A DNA stretch of 64,000 nt from Octopus sinensis (GCF_006345805.1 NC_043014.1:15686001-15750000); one strand, 5' to 3'. Counted from the stretch's first letter, positions 50,840-63,717 are shown. Notes: a model not told the origin generated them from the sequence alone. Program-made: numbers and translations.

Positions 50840-51754
50840 ATATTGATTTAATATTGACTTTATCAGATACTTTGTATGTTTCATCATCATTGTTTAACGT
50901 CCACTTTCCATGCTAGCATGGGTTGGGCGATTCAACTGGGGTCTGGGAAGCCAGAGGGCTGCACCAGGCCCAGTCTGATCAGGCAATATAAATATATGAT
51001 AAATAAGAGCCCAAGGTATGATATGTAGATGCATATAAAGCTGAAGGGTTGTACCTGATTGATTTGGAAATTTGTTTTCCCAAATTATTTATGTGTGTGT
51101 GTGTGTGTTTGCATGTGTGTGTGACAGGCTTCCACACAATTTCCTACTATCAAATTCACTCACAAAACATCGGTTGGCCTGAGGCTAAAGTAGAAGACAT
51201 GTGCCCAAGATGCCACACAGTGGGACCAAACTCAAAACTAGGTTTTGCAGATGTTGGGCCTCCCAAGTATGAAGCTATAGAATATCATGAGAAGAGCAAA
51301 CCAATGTTAGCAAGGGAGTGCCTATGTGGTTGCTGATCCTGCTAGAAACAGCAGTAATATCTTTATGAAATCTACTACCATAAAAATGGAAGGAGACATT
51401 GAATACTATTGTTTCAGATACATCATGTCTGAATAAAACAAGATGGTTGTGGATGGAATGTCTTTGAGTTAAGATCAGATTTATAATAGCTAATATAAAG
51501 CTAGTCAATGGGGGAGCCTTTACATTTGTCATTCAACCAGTTAGAAATAGCAACCAAAGTTCCCTCAAACCACTCTTTTTCATCATCTAAAAACTAAGAG
51601 CACTGGTACACTGGTAATGATACACTATGCCTGTAAAAAGTCAGGGTGGTCAGGTCTGGAACATCTTTAATCAAAAGTTAACTCAATCATGATTGATCTG
51701 GACTAAACAACAACAGCAACAAATACATGCTAGCATGAGAGAACACGGATGGTA

Positions 51755-52045
51755 TTATGTTGATGATGAGGATGATGATGATGGTGGTGGTGGTGGTGGT
51801 GGTGGCAGCGGTGGTGGTGATAATAGTGGTGGTAATGTAATGGTGGTGATGATGACAATGATGGTGGTGGTGGTTGTGGTAGTAATACTGGTGGTGATGG
51901 TAATGACAATGTCGTTGATGGTTGTGGTAGTAACGTTGGTGATGATGATGATGATGATAGTAATGGATGTTGTGGTGATGATGGTAGTGATGGTTACAGT
52001 GGTGGTGGTGCTGCTGCTGATGGTGGTGGTGGTGGTAATGATGAT
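51755..52045. repeat. (GGT/GAT)n low-complexity array
   Basis: Direct reading. Confidence 0.9.
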
Positions 52046-53018
52046 GCCTCTAAACTAATGCAACATTAATCAAGTATAAAGTGTTACCACAGTTTTCAGG
52101 AAGCAAAACTGAATCTTCCTGACATCAACAGAAGTATCGAGAATTAAATGCATCCTCCTCCCGCCCCTCTCTCCCTCTCTGATAATGTGTGCATGTGTGT
52201 GTGTCTGTGCACATGCATGCATATATGTATGCATGTAAATGTGTGTCCACATGCATGCATGTGTGTGTGCGTGCGTGTGTGTGTGTGTGTGTGTGTGTGC
52301 GTGTGTGTGCATGTCTGTTTAAATATCAAGATATGCTGTGTATTATATACGTGTATTTATGTATAAAGGAATAGCTGAGTGGTTAGGAAGCTTGCTTTGC
52401 AACCATATGGTTTCAAGTTCAGTCTCATTGCATGGTACCTTGGGCAAGTGTCTTTTACCATAGCACCAGGCTGACCAATACCATACAAGTGAATTTTATA
52501 GTTTAAAACAGTTTTGGGATCAAGTGAGCAAAGATCCTGAAAAACTCACTTCATCCAGCGACCTTTTTAAACTCAAAAAAACAGAGTGTTTAGTCAATGC
52601 TCTCATCAGAGGAAACTTCTGTTGAAAACATGGAATTCTCCATTTGCAGACTAGGAAAATGCTACTAATTTTGTAAGTAGTCCATGTTGACACAGCTGGA
52701 ACCATTGTAAGGGATATAACTCAGCCTTGCCCAAGAGTGTACCAATAGGATTTTGTTCTGAGAAATTTTTGTTTATAAAATTAACTGACAATGACATTTT
52801 TCCTTTCTCCAGTTGTAGAGAGGTTTTGTGACTCTGGCCATTTGAGTCTGACCAGTTGCCTATACAGGTAAAATCTTTATAGGTGTGAAACCAATGGTCA
52901 CTCTCTGACCAGCCATAACAAACAACCTTCTTTCTTTCTTTCTATCTATCTATCTATCTATCTATCTACCTCTCTCTCTCTCTCTCTCTCTCTCTATTTA
53001 TATATATATATATATATC

Positions 53019-53051
<33 letters not shown>

Positions 53052-53119
53052 TATATATGTATACATATATATGTATGTATGTATGTTAAATAAAATGAGA
53101 CAACAAAGCCAAGACTGTC

Positions 53120-54425
53120 TTTCTCTTTTACTTGTTTCAGTCATTTGATTGTGGCCATGCTGGAGCACCTCCTTTAGTCGAGCAAATCGACCCCAGGACT
53201 TATTCTTTGTAAGCCTAGTACTTATTCTATTGGTCTCTTTTGCCGAATCGCTAAGTTACAAGGACATAACGACACCAACATTGGTTGTCAAGCGATGGTG
53301 GTGGGGGACAAACACAGACACACAAACACACATATACACATATGCAACGGGCTTCTTTCAGCTTACATCTACCAAATCCACTCACAAGGCTGACTTTGGT
53401 CAGCCTGAGGCTATAGTAGGTGCCATGCAGTGAGACTGAACCTGGAACCATGTGGTTGGTAAGCAAGCTACTTACCACACAGCAACTCCTGCACCAGAAT
53501 CGTTAGTACATGTCGCCATGCTGGAGCACTGCCTTTAGTTGAGCAAATCGACCCCAGGACTTATTCTTTGTAAGCCTAGTACTTATTCTATCGGTCTCTT
53601 TTGCCGAACCGCTAAGTTACGGGGACGTAAACACATCAGCATCGGTTGTCAAGTGATGTTGGGGGGACAGACACAGAAACATATACACATACATACATAC
53701 ATATATATATATTATATATATATATATATACATACATATATACGATGGGCTTCTTTCAGTTTCCGTCTACCAAATCCACTCACAAGGCTTTGGTCAGCCC
53801 GAGGCTATAGTAGAAGACACTTGCCCAAGGTGCCGCGCAGTCTGACTGAACCCGGAACCATGTGGTTCGTAAGCAAGCTACTTACCACACAGCTACTCCT
53901 ACGCCTGAGAGTTTCATGTGCTTATAAGTGCCAACTCATGACACTCTTGGACCTTAAGTCTCTCTGTTACTCCTGCTAAATATTAATAAAAAATATACAT
54001 ATACATAGGCGCAGGAGTGACTGTGTGGTAAGTAGCTTGCTAACCAACCACGGGTTCAGTCCCACTGCGTGGCACCTTGGGCAAGTGTCTTCTGCTATAG
54101 CCCCGGGCCGACCAATGCCTTGTGAGTGGATTTGGTAGACAGAAACTGAAAGAAGCCCGTCATATATATGTATGTATATACATATATATATATGTGTGTG
54201 TGCGTGTATGTTTGTGCGTCTGTGTTTGTCCCCCTAGCATTGCTTGACAACCGATGCTGGTGTGTTTACGTCCCCGTTACTTAGCGGTTCGACAAAAGAG
54301 ACCGATAGAATAAGTACTGAGCTTACAAAAGAATAAGTGCCGGGGTCAAGTTGCTCGATTAAAGGCGGTGCTCCAGCATGGCCGCAGTCAAATGACTGAA
54401 ACAAGTAAAAGAGTGAAAGAGAGTA
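53120..54425. mobile_element. Three SINE A copies: 53120-53495 (-), 53515-53907 (-) and 54007-54425 (+)
   Basis: Homology to the family A consensus. The last two copies are head-to-head. Confidence 0.9.
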
Positions 54426-55091
54426 TATACTCATACTTTGAAATCAGTTTTTCCTGTTTGCTTCAGAATACCTATATGTGTGTGTGTGTGTGTGTGGTGT
54501 GTGTGTGTGTGTGTGTGTGTGTTTGTGTGTGTATATACAAAGAAACCTTACAGTTATAGAACTTTGTCTCACAAACCAAAACTTATCACAGGAAAACGAA
54601 TTTGATGTTATTTTGTTTAAAGAACACTTTAAGAGTGAAATAGCTTTTGAATGGCTGTTGTGTGAATCTGTTGGATCTAGCAGATTTTTCAGTGTTTTTT
54701 ATTTTATCATTTTTATACAAAATAATTCATAAAATACATTTTCCTTTGATAATCAGCTTTGTGTTGTGAAAGAGATTTATATCTGTAAGGATTCTTTAAT
54801 AAATCTGCCTCTTGGATTTCAATCTAGATGATAATTCTAATATTCTGAAAATTCATGTATTGAGTACCTTGATAAATTGTTAATCTCCTGATTGTGCATA
54901 AACACACACAGATAGTTAGGTAGGTAGGTATGTAGGTAGGTACAAACAGACAGACAGATAAACATAGAAAGGCAGACAAACAGATAGACAGACAGACAGA
55001 GTGATAGAGTGATAGATAGATAGAAACAGACAAATATAGATAGACAGGTAGATAAATAGATAGATAGATAGATTGATGGATAGATAGATAA

Positions 55092-55309
55092 GTTTCTTTA
55101 TTAGCCACACAGGGCTGAACACAGAGGGGACAAAATACAATATAGAGCTTTTCTTTTTGAAAATAGAAAAAAAACGAAAAGAAAACAAAGGAGAAATATA
55201 AAATTCCGATCAAAAGGGATCGTGTATCATAGAAAGTGTTAAAAATGCAAATAGAAAGGATAGGTTTATCCACGGGGAGAAAGGCCTGGGCAGGAATAGA
55301 CACATGAGA

Positions 55310-55361
<52 letters not shown>

Positions 55362-56250
55362 TTCAATTTACAGGATCATTCTCAAAGTGGTTTCGTCATT
55401 CACATGTACCATCTTTGCTACATTCACCCACCTTTTATTGAAACTTTCACGAGACAAAACTTGCCTCTCTATTCTTACCTTCCTTTTCAAGTGGTACTTG
55501 AAAAAGTTGAGCAATTGGCCAGAGAGGAAAGTGTTTGTCTCTAAACCTTTTGCTCGAGTTCACCACACACATTCTTTCACCATGGCCACTAATACAATGA
55601 AGACTGCCTTGCCTTCCCAGTTAAGCAATTTTCACGATAGATTCGGCCGACAAGCAAACTCATCCCACATGTGACAGCAGCCGTTTGGCATAAGCCCACA
55701 GGTTCGAAATGGTTGGACACTGCATGAGTGCATGTAGATTGGTTTCGTCGCTCTGCCCGCATCTCAGGTAAGTCGGTCCGGTGTGTCCCAAACCATGCTT
55801 GTAGAGCTTATTCTGAATGACTAATGCTTCTTGATAGCACTGTCAGGCCAAGGATCTCTGGTGAATGTCCATAGGTCCTGGCCTGAAAGTTGTCCTGAAC
55901 AGGCAGGTCAGGTGTTCCTCATCAACGCCCAGAATCTGCCCAAGAATGTCGTTGCACCGCCCCTCCACTAATCCTCTATAGAACACCTACATGGAATTGA
56001 AGTCGCACAAGTTTGGTCCTAGGTGGCAGAGTTGTTTGAGAGCAAGGCAGCACTCATGGTGCCATTCACCTAGCCTCAATCTCCGTTTGATCCATGATTA
56101 CAGTTCAGCCAAAGAGATGAGCTGCGGGAAAGCACGCCACACAAACGGCGACCACACCTGTTCACCATCGTCTATAAGGTGCCAGATATGTTGCAGTCTC
56201 AGTGCATGTCTGCGCATCATCAACCATGGCATGTCCAGCCCTCCATTTAG
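55092..56250 (-). mobile_element. 5'-truncated Tx1/L1-clade LINE (ORF2 C-terminus with zf-RVT-like motif, plus 3' UTR)
   Basis: GGLDMP...RCGQSDETNLHALMQCPTISNLW...KRWVNVAKMV...RMIL* with internal stops. The 3' UTR ends AATAAAGAAAC. (TATC/TGTC)n on both sides. Confidence 0.85.
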
Positions 56251-57181
56251 CAGAGAAAGATAGATAGACAGACAACAGATAAAAAGGTAGACTGACAGAC
56301 AGACAGACAGACAGATAGATAGATAGATAGACAGGCAAAAAGCTGGATAAATAGCCAGATAGGTTACACAGATAGACAGACATAGAGACAGAGACATTGG
56401 AATACAGACACATTGAAAGACAGACAGACAGACAGATGAAGAGAAGTAGAGAAATGGATGTGTGATCATAATGTGAGTTTTGTCTCTCTTCCAGGAATAG
56501 TCTATCATGATCCACATTATCTAAAGAGTGCTGTTTTTAAATTAGTTGAGGGTGGTTCAGAGAGGTTTTGGCTGCTATTTCTACCAGATCAGACTATTTA
56601 GTTGTTCACCTCTCCTTGGCTTAAACCTAAGTACATGCAGACACTTGTATTTCTATGATGGGAGAGCGAGGAATAAGAGAGACAGAATGCAAAGAAAGGC
56701 AATATTTTCATCGGAAACAGTTTTTGTATTGGTAGCAAAGTGTGAAGAGAGAGAAAATGCAAAAGTTCTTTGATTCCTTGTTAGATATCAGATTATCTGA
56801 ATCAATATGCATGTTCTATTAATGTCCTCTACATGATTTCTTCTACTTGCATGTAGGTCATAACAACAACAACAACAACCAGCATAATAACAGCTACAAC
56901 AACACTATATCGAAATAGAATGAAGACTTTTAACTAATCTTTAAACCTTTATTTCAAACGTATATAACATAGACATTGATTTCTTTTGACTTGGCACAAG
57001 GCCAATTTCTGGAGAGAATTGGTGCACACAATTGGATAGATATGCCCCAATTTGCATACAAATGCATTCTTTGCAGATAATTCAATTAAAAATTACTGGT
57101 ATGATAACGGCACTTTGCTTCAATGCAGTACTGTACTATAGGATATATCTATAGATTTTAGCCAACACTATATGTATTGAT

Positions 57182-57486
57182 GCGGAGGCATATGGCCTAG
57201 TGGTTAGAGAAGTGGACTCGCGGTCGAGGGATCGCAGGTTCAAATCTCAGACTGGGCGATCTGTGTGTTTATGAGCAAAACACCTAAGCTGAACGTGGCT
57301 CTGGCAGAAGGTAATAGCGAACTTCTGCTGACACATTCGCCACAACTTCCTCTCACTCTTTCTTCTTGCAGCTCACCTGCAGTGGACCGGCGTCCCGTCC
57401 AGGGGGGAACCTATACGCCAAGGAAACCAGGAAGCTGGCCCTATGAGCCAGGCATGGCTCGAAAAGGAACAAACAACAACAACAAC
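57182..57486 (+). mobile_element. tRNA-derived SINE with a V-domain-like core and (CAA)n tail
   Basis: A box TGGCCTAGTGG, B box GGTTCAAATC, and core GTGGACCGGCGTCCCGTCCAGGGG. Perfect 12-bp TSD ATATGTATTGAT at 57170-57181 and 57487-57498. Confidence 0.85.
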
Positions 57487-57633
57487 ATATGTATTGATAG
57501 ATATAAATTACCTTGTCTGTATACAAATATTTTTATTGGTAAAAAAATTAGGGTCAGCGAAATAGAAAGATAGTATAACATAGCTTTCAAACAAAACACT
57601 GTTAATGCACCAGTTATACACACACAAATATAT

Positions 57634-57704
<71 letters not shown>

Positions 57705-58099
57705 GTAAAATTAATTTCACTACATATGCTATAGTGAGAGAAAATTTTAAATATTTTAAACACAATCTTCATTCAAGGAAGGGAAAAAATTTGTGCCTTT
57801 TCTGAATAAGGGACAGGATATCACTAGTCATCTTGGATTCTATGTTTTGGATATATACATATATAGTGAACAGCAATGATGATACCGGTATGACTTTGAA
57901 TCTCTTTAACAATTCAAAATAATAACTTTTATTCCTCTTAATTCTACATCAGTTCATCTAATTGTATATATTTATTGCTACTTTTCATAAAAAAAGCCTT
58001 CATTTTTTGATATTCAATGTGCATTTCTCCTTTATGGATTTTCACCTACCAAGGGAGGTTTTGGAATGTAACACCCATGATAGTCAAGGGATTACTGTA

Positions 58100-58664
58100 T
58101 ATATTTATATAAAACAGTTTGATTTGGCCTCCATGTGACTTAAATTTTCACAGGCTTCTGACAGAAACCCAGCTTGTTCAAGTTTATGTTACTTAATGTC
58201 AAAACACAGAAGACCAATATAGCTACTGGGAAATGGGCTGTTATTGGTCAAGGCAAGTCACATGGTGTTGTGTGTCATTTCAATGACACCAGATCCATTA
58301 AAAGAATTTCACATGCACCCGCCTCCACACACACACACACACACTCCTACAACCAATAACACTCACATCCACACACTCATACATCTGGTATACACACATA
58401 CACACACACACTCACTAGCTTTGCTTCTGTCAGCTTTTCAGGCAGCAAGATCCCATCATCTTTCTTTCTGTCCAGCCATGCAGTCCAAGAAATTCTCCTT
58501 CCTAATGCATCTGATGTCTCTGAATTGCCAATCTCACCTCTAACAATAAATATCATGTGACTTGCCTTGACCTATAGCAGCCCATTTTCCAGTAGCCATC
58601 TTGAACTTCTTGTGTTTCTCCACTCAGTAATCTGAACCTGAAAGAGCTGAATCAAACTGGTTTT

Positions 58665-58665
<1 letters not shown>
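58100..58665. mobile_element. Long imperfect foldback element, same family as 48939
   Basis: GGGCTG(T/C)TAT(T/A)GGTCAAGGCAAGTCACATG is mirrored between 58230-58264 and 58555-58590. Shares the AAAAC(C)AGTTTGATT terminus. Confidence 0.6.
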
Positions 58666-58697
<32 letters not shown>

Positions 58698-59200
58698 GTT
58701 TAACATCTGTTTTCCATGCTAGCATGGGTTGGACAGTTCAGCTGGGGTCTGGGAAGCCAGAAGGCTGCACCAGGCCCAGTCTGATCTGGCAATGTTTCTA
58801 TGGCTGGATGCCCTTCCTAACGCCAACCACTCCGTGAGTGTAGTGGGGGCTTTTTACGTGCCACCGGCACAGGTGCCAGACAAGGCTGGCAAAATGGCCA
58901 CGACCAGATGGTGCTTTTTACATGCCACTGGCATGGGGGCCAGGCGAGGCTGGCATCGACCACAACCGGATGGTGCTTTTTACGTGCCACCGGCACGAGG
59001 CCAGTCGGGGCAGCGTTGGCAACGGCCACGTTCAGACGGTTCTCTTACGTACCACCGACACTGGTATCACAGCTGCAATAATAATAATAATAATAATAAT
59101 ACAGTTTTACAGCTGGATGCCCTTCGAAATGCCAACTACGTCACAGTGTGGACTGGATGTTTTTTACATGGCACCAGCACTGGCTGGGTCACTAAGCAAC
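58665..59200 (-). mobile_element. Family C / RTE 3' UTR element with internal repeated modules
   Basis: Repeated TGCTTTTTACGTGCCACCGGCAC modules and a (GAT)n tail. Confidence 0.8.
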
Positions 59201-59489
59201 TTGCAAGATAAGGAATTTTGAGAGGGGAGAGGGCACTGGAGGAGATGATCTTGCATCAGATGTGTGTACGTAAATACAGTGCTTAAATAAAAAAAATTTT
59301 TAAATGACTCAATGCATAATTATGGAATGCATGTATTTATATATAATTAAGTACCTTAAGTATTTTATATACCTCTGTATTATATACACCCTTGAAACAA
59401 ATATAGATACATAAATTAATGTAGTGCTGCAGCAAGGCCACAGTCCAATAAATGAAACTAATAAAAGAATATGAAAACCCAGTTCACAG

Positions 59490-59525
<36 letters not shown>

Positions 59526-59655
59526 GTGAAATAGCCAAATGGATGCATTGAATTGTTACTAGCAAGTCCAAGCAGTTCTTGTGTTCAAACCAGTTACAAG
59601 ATTTCATGATGCATTTAAGCTATATACTTAATTCTACATTCCTCTCTTCACTTTA

Positions 59656-59875
59656 CTCTTTATCATTCAGATTACTCAGTCAGACATAATGCTTATTTAT
59701 TTACATTGCTTTGCATTAATCATGCGTTATCTCATGGCTTCAAGATTTTGTTGATGCAATTGTTTACTTTTAGTGTGTCATTGTAAGGTAGGCTTAAGAG
59801 GCTGGATCTGGTCAGTTTGAACATAAAACAAGTACAATATCTGGGCCAGATGTAGCTGGTTAAAATGCTAAATGA
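59656..59875. mobile_element. Probable piggyBac-type MITE
   Basis: TTTA / TTAA flanks. Degenerate CCCTTTAGCATT-type TIRs. Confidence 0.55.
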
Positions 59876-60352
59876 TTAATGCTACTTAAGAACATATACC
59901 ATATCACATAAGAGATTTGTCACAAAGAGAAAGGAAGAGTTAGAAAGCACCATTCTAGAGGCTAGAGTCATAGTTACAGAAGTGATGGATTCGATATCAC
60001 TTAATCTACTTAATACCATGAAATAAGAGCTAAAGACTGGATCTTAAAAGACACTTGGCTCTGTGGTAAGAAGTTTGCTTCTCAACCACATGATTCTGGG
60101 TTCAGTCCCACTGCATGGCATCTTGGGCAAATGCTTTCTACTACAGCCCTGGGCCAAACAAAGCCTTGTGAGTGGATTTGGTAGACAGAGATTGAAAGAA
60201 GCCCATCGTATATATATATATAAATTTATATAATAAGGATAAGATCATTATTTAAAATACTGATCTTATCAGGTGGCCAGCATGGGAATAAAAACCTCAA
60301 AGGTAATAATTACTATTAAAATTATAATTAAGGGTATCTAAGAGATACTATC

Positions 60353-60419
60353 ATGCTTGAAATAGCAGCCAAAACTTGATGTGGTTTTAGAGTCAAGTTT
60401 TGGCTGCTATTTCAAGCAT
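60353..60419. repeat. Perfect 27-bp inverted repeat with a 13-nt loop
   Basis: ATGCTTGAAATAGCAGCCAAAACTTGA / TCAAGTTTTGGCTGCTATTTCAAGCAT. Confidence 0.97.
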
Positions 60420-60479
60420 ATATATATACATACCCCTTATCTGGTGGTCAATGCAGAAACTGGGGATAGGCAAGTGGTT

Positions 60480-60950
60480 GTAAGAGCTGTATAAGCCCTG
60501 TACAGGGATGCTGTCAGTAAGATGAGGGTTGGTAACAAGTATACTGAAGAATTCTGAGCAGAAGTAGGAGTTCACCAAGGATCAGTACTCAGCCCCAACT
60601 TATTCATTATAGTCCTCCAGGCAATAACAGAGGAATTCAAGACAGGCTGCCCCTGGGAGATCATCTATGATGATGACATTGCTCTAATAGCCGAGTCACT
60701 TTCAGAACTAGAGACGAAGTTTAGGGTGTGGAAGCAAGGTCTTGAATTGAAGGGCCTTAGGGCTAACCTAACAAAATTCAAAGTTTTAGTAAATATGAAA
60801 GCTGTCAAATCACAAACCCTTTCAGGTAGACGGCCCTGCTCGATCTGTAGAGAAGGCGTGGGTAGAAACTCCATATGATGTACCTGGTGTAAGCTATGGA
60901 CACATAACAGGAGCAGTAATATAAAAGGAAGGTTAACCAGGAAGATAGTT
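60480..60950 (+). mobile_element. Internal RTE RT fragment
   Basis: VGVHQGSVLSPNLFIIVLQAITEEFKTGCPWEIIYDDDIALIAES. Confidence 0.88.
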
Positions 60951-61727
60951 GCGTGTCATCGCAAAAGTCAGCAAACTGGGTCAATGGGTTTCTCATAAAC
61001 TTTCCAAGTTTAATCGCATGCAGAGAGTGAATGTGTGCTCTTCTTTGCTGTCACGTCTCACAAATAAATTTTTTTGGACCAAATAGTGACGAGAAATGGG
61101 TTCTCCATAAAAATATCAAGCGCTGAAGACAGTGGGCAGGGAAAGGAGAAACACTGGCACCCAAAGCTAAAGGTCTTCACCCACGTAAGGTATTGTTATC
61201 TGTTTGGTAGGATATGAAAGGTTTAGTCCACTTTGAACTTTTAAACCTAAACCAAACAATAACAAAGCAGAACTACTGCAGGCAGCCTGAACAGCTCAAG
61301 TCAGCACTAGAAGAAAAATGACCATCTTTGGTTTCAAGACGGTGTTCTTCCATCAGGATAATGCTCGGCCACATACAGCAAGGATGACATTCCAAAAGCT
61401 GGAACAATTTGAATGAGAAATGATGCCCCACCCACCATGTTTGCCAGACATTTCCCCATCTGATTATCATTTATTCAGCAGTCTTCAAAATCATTTGGAC
61501 AGAAAAAATAGGAATTCTGTAGATGAGGTCAGGACAGTACTGGAGGAGTATTTTTCTATCACAGACAAGTGAATTTTGGAAGAGGGGCCTTGCAAGTCTA
61601 CCAGATAGATGGAGGAGCATTGTAGAAAATGAAGTAGAGTATACTTTAGATTAAAAAAAAGACTTTGTTTATCCTAATTCTGAAAAATAAAAGAAGTATT
61701 AAAAAATCATATTATTTATTGGAGGAC

Positions 61728-61730
<3 letters not shown>
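60951..61730 (+). mobile_element. 5'-truncated mariner element
   Basis: Motifs KLGQWVSHKL, DEKWVLHKN, HQDNARPHTA and PDISPSDYHLF. Right TIR ends GGAGGACCTAA, followed by (TA)n. Confidence 0.9.
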
Positions 61731-61789
<59 letters not shown>

Positions 61790-62754
61790 CACACACACAC
61801 ACAAAGTTAGTGGGCAAATGAAAGAAAGAGGCACACAACACATTTAGTAGGAGTTACATAAATTAGTATTTAAAACAGTTTGCTTAGGCCCCATGTGACT
61901 TAAAGTTTCATAGGCTTGTCACAGGACGCTAGTTCATTGGGTTCAGTCAGCTGAATACACAGATGGAGGAAGTCCAAGATGGCAACTGAAAACTGAGCTG
62001 CTATTGGTCAAGGTGGATCACATGGTGTTGTTGAAAATTGTATTGATAAATCAGTGACATCAAATACATAAAAATAAAAATCCCAATTTGAATTTCTTGA
62101 AGTGTGTGACTGGAAAAGAATTTGGTGGTGCCTTGTTGTCTGGATAGTATTTGGTGGAACTTAAGCAACATTGATCATTGATGACTGGCAAGGGTGTATA
62201 TGTATGAGTGTGAATTTGTGGGTATGCATGTATAGCAAGATCCACTATTCCAAAAAGAAGAATTAAAATTAATTATGTATTTTATAATGATTGTAGGGTT
62301 CATAAGATTTGCGCTTAAATTATGGAAACTGCCATACAGCAGAAAAATGTAAATTTTAAATATCATTGAGATCTTTTGCTTTCTTTTCTTTCAAATACAT
62401 ACACACACACATTCATATATGTTTATTGAATATACTAGCAGAAACACCTTTCTCTTTCTTCAACAACATTCAACAAATATGAAAGGATTCTGGAATCAAC
62501 ATAATTTAGCAGATACTAGATTAAACTTTTAATTTGGAAAAATTATTTTACTGATATGACTAGAAAGCAATGTCATGGAATGCAAGAGAGAGAGAGAAAG
62601 AGAAGACAAATATGAATGCTATCTTATGGGGTTAAAAAATTCTATCCAGCAGAGAACTAAAGTAAGTTTACTGTTGCTGAACTCTTTGATAACAAAGTTT
62701 CCTTAAAACCACATTTTGATAAAAAAAAATATATTAAAACTAGAATTTTAAAGA

Positions 62755-63125
62755 ATTTTCTCGGGTTCAGTCCCACTGCGTGACACCTTGGGAAAGTGTC
62801 TTCTACTATAGCCTTGGGCCAACCAAAGCCTTGTGAGTGGATTTGGTAGATAGAAACTGAAAGAAACCTGTCGGATATATGTATATGTATATATATATAT
62901 GCGTGTATGTTTGTGTATCTGTGTTTGTCCCCCCAACATTGCTTGACAACTGATGCTGGTGTGTTTACATCTCCGTAACTTAGCAGTTCAACAAAAGAGA
63001 CCGAAAGAATAAGTACTAGGCTTACAAAGAATAAGTCCTGGGGTCAATGTGCTCAACTAAAGCCGGTGCTCAAGTATGGCCACAGTCAAATGACTGAAAC
63101 AAGTAAAAGAGCAAAAGAGAGTAGA
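62755..63125 (+). mobile_element. SINE family A (5' end clipped)
   Basis: Body and tail homology. Confidence 0.88.
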
Positions 63126-63681
63126 GCAATGTAGACTTTAATAATTGCTTTCTTTTAGCAAAACTTCCAAACCCCAAATGAATTAATAAGCAGCTTTATT
63201 ACAGCATAGAATGCTCGTGATTTCAGATACACATTTATTAAAAAAACACACTATCGCTAGGGCTGTGGTTAACTGATGCTATCCATCAGGCTTATTCAAT
63301 GTAAAAGATATTGCACCAACAAATCTTTATTTACATCTTTTAAGAAGATTTACTCTTCACAACTTCGGTAGCTGAAAAGTGTGGCCTTGATGAATCTTTA
63401 AAAGGTAAAACCTATTAGTTGATGCCTCAACTCTCGGCTATGAAGGATTTTGTGGCTTGTTGTATTTAGTCTTGCTGTGAGAATAAATTGTCATGTTTAT
63501 TAAACATATATAAGATTTCGTTTATGCATTTACTGAAGAAAACATTGCTGTGTTGGTTGCTTTTGTTAAATTAACTTATTGAGTGCTGTTATTACTATTT
63601 GTGAAACCACTTACATATAATATACTTACATAAACATATAAATGTGGACAATATATACATATACATACATATAAGTTTATT

Positions 63682-63717
<36 letters not shown>

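Noticed and set aside
52585-52620. CTGATGAGAGCATTGACTAAAC (minus), hammerhead-like
   Set aside because: No GAAA, and no consistent helix I or II can be drawn.
54478-54732. 84-aa ORF with a protein-like middle section
   Set aside because: It starts in a (GT)n tract, has no convincing donor, and has no recognisable motif.
58729-59221. 160-aa ORF and overlapping ORFs
   Set aside because: They lie within a family-C/RTE 3' UTR repeat.
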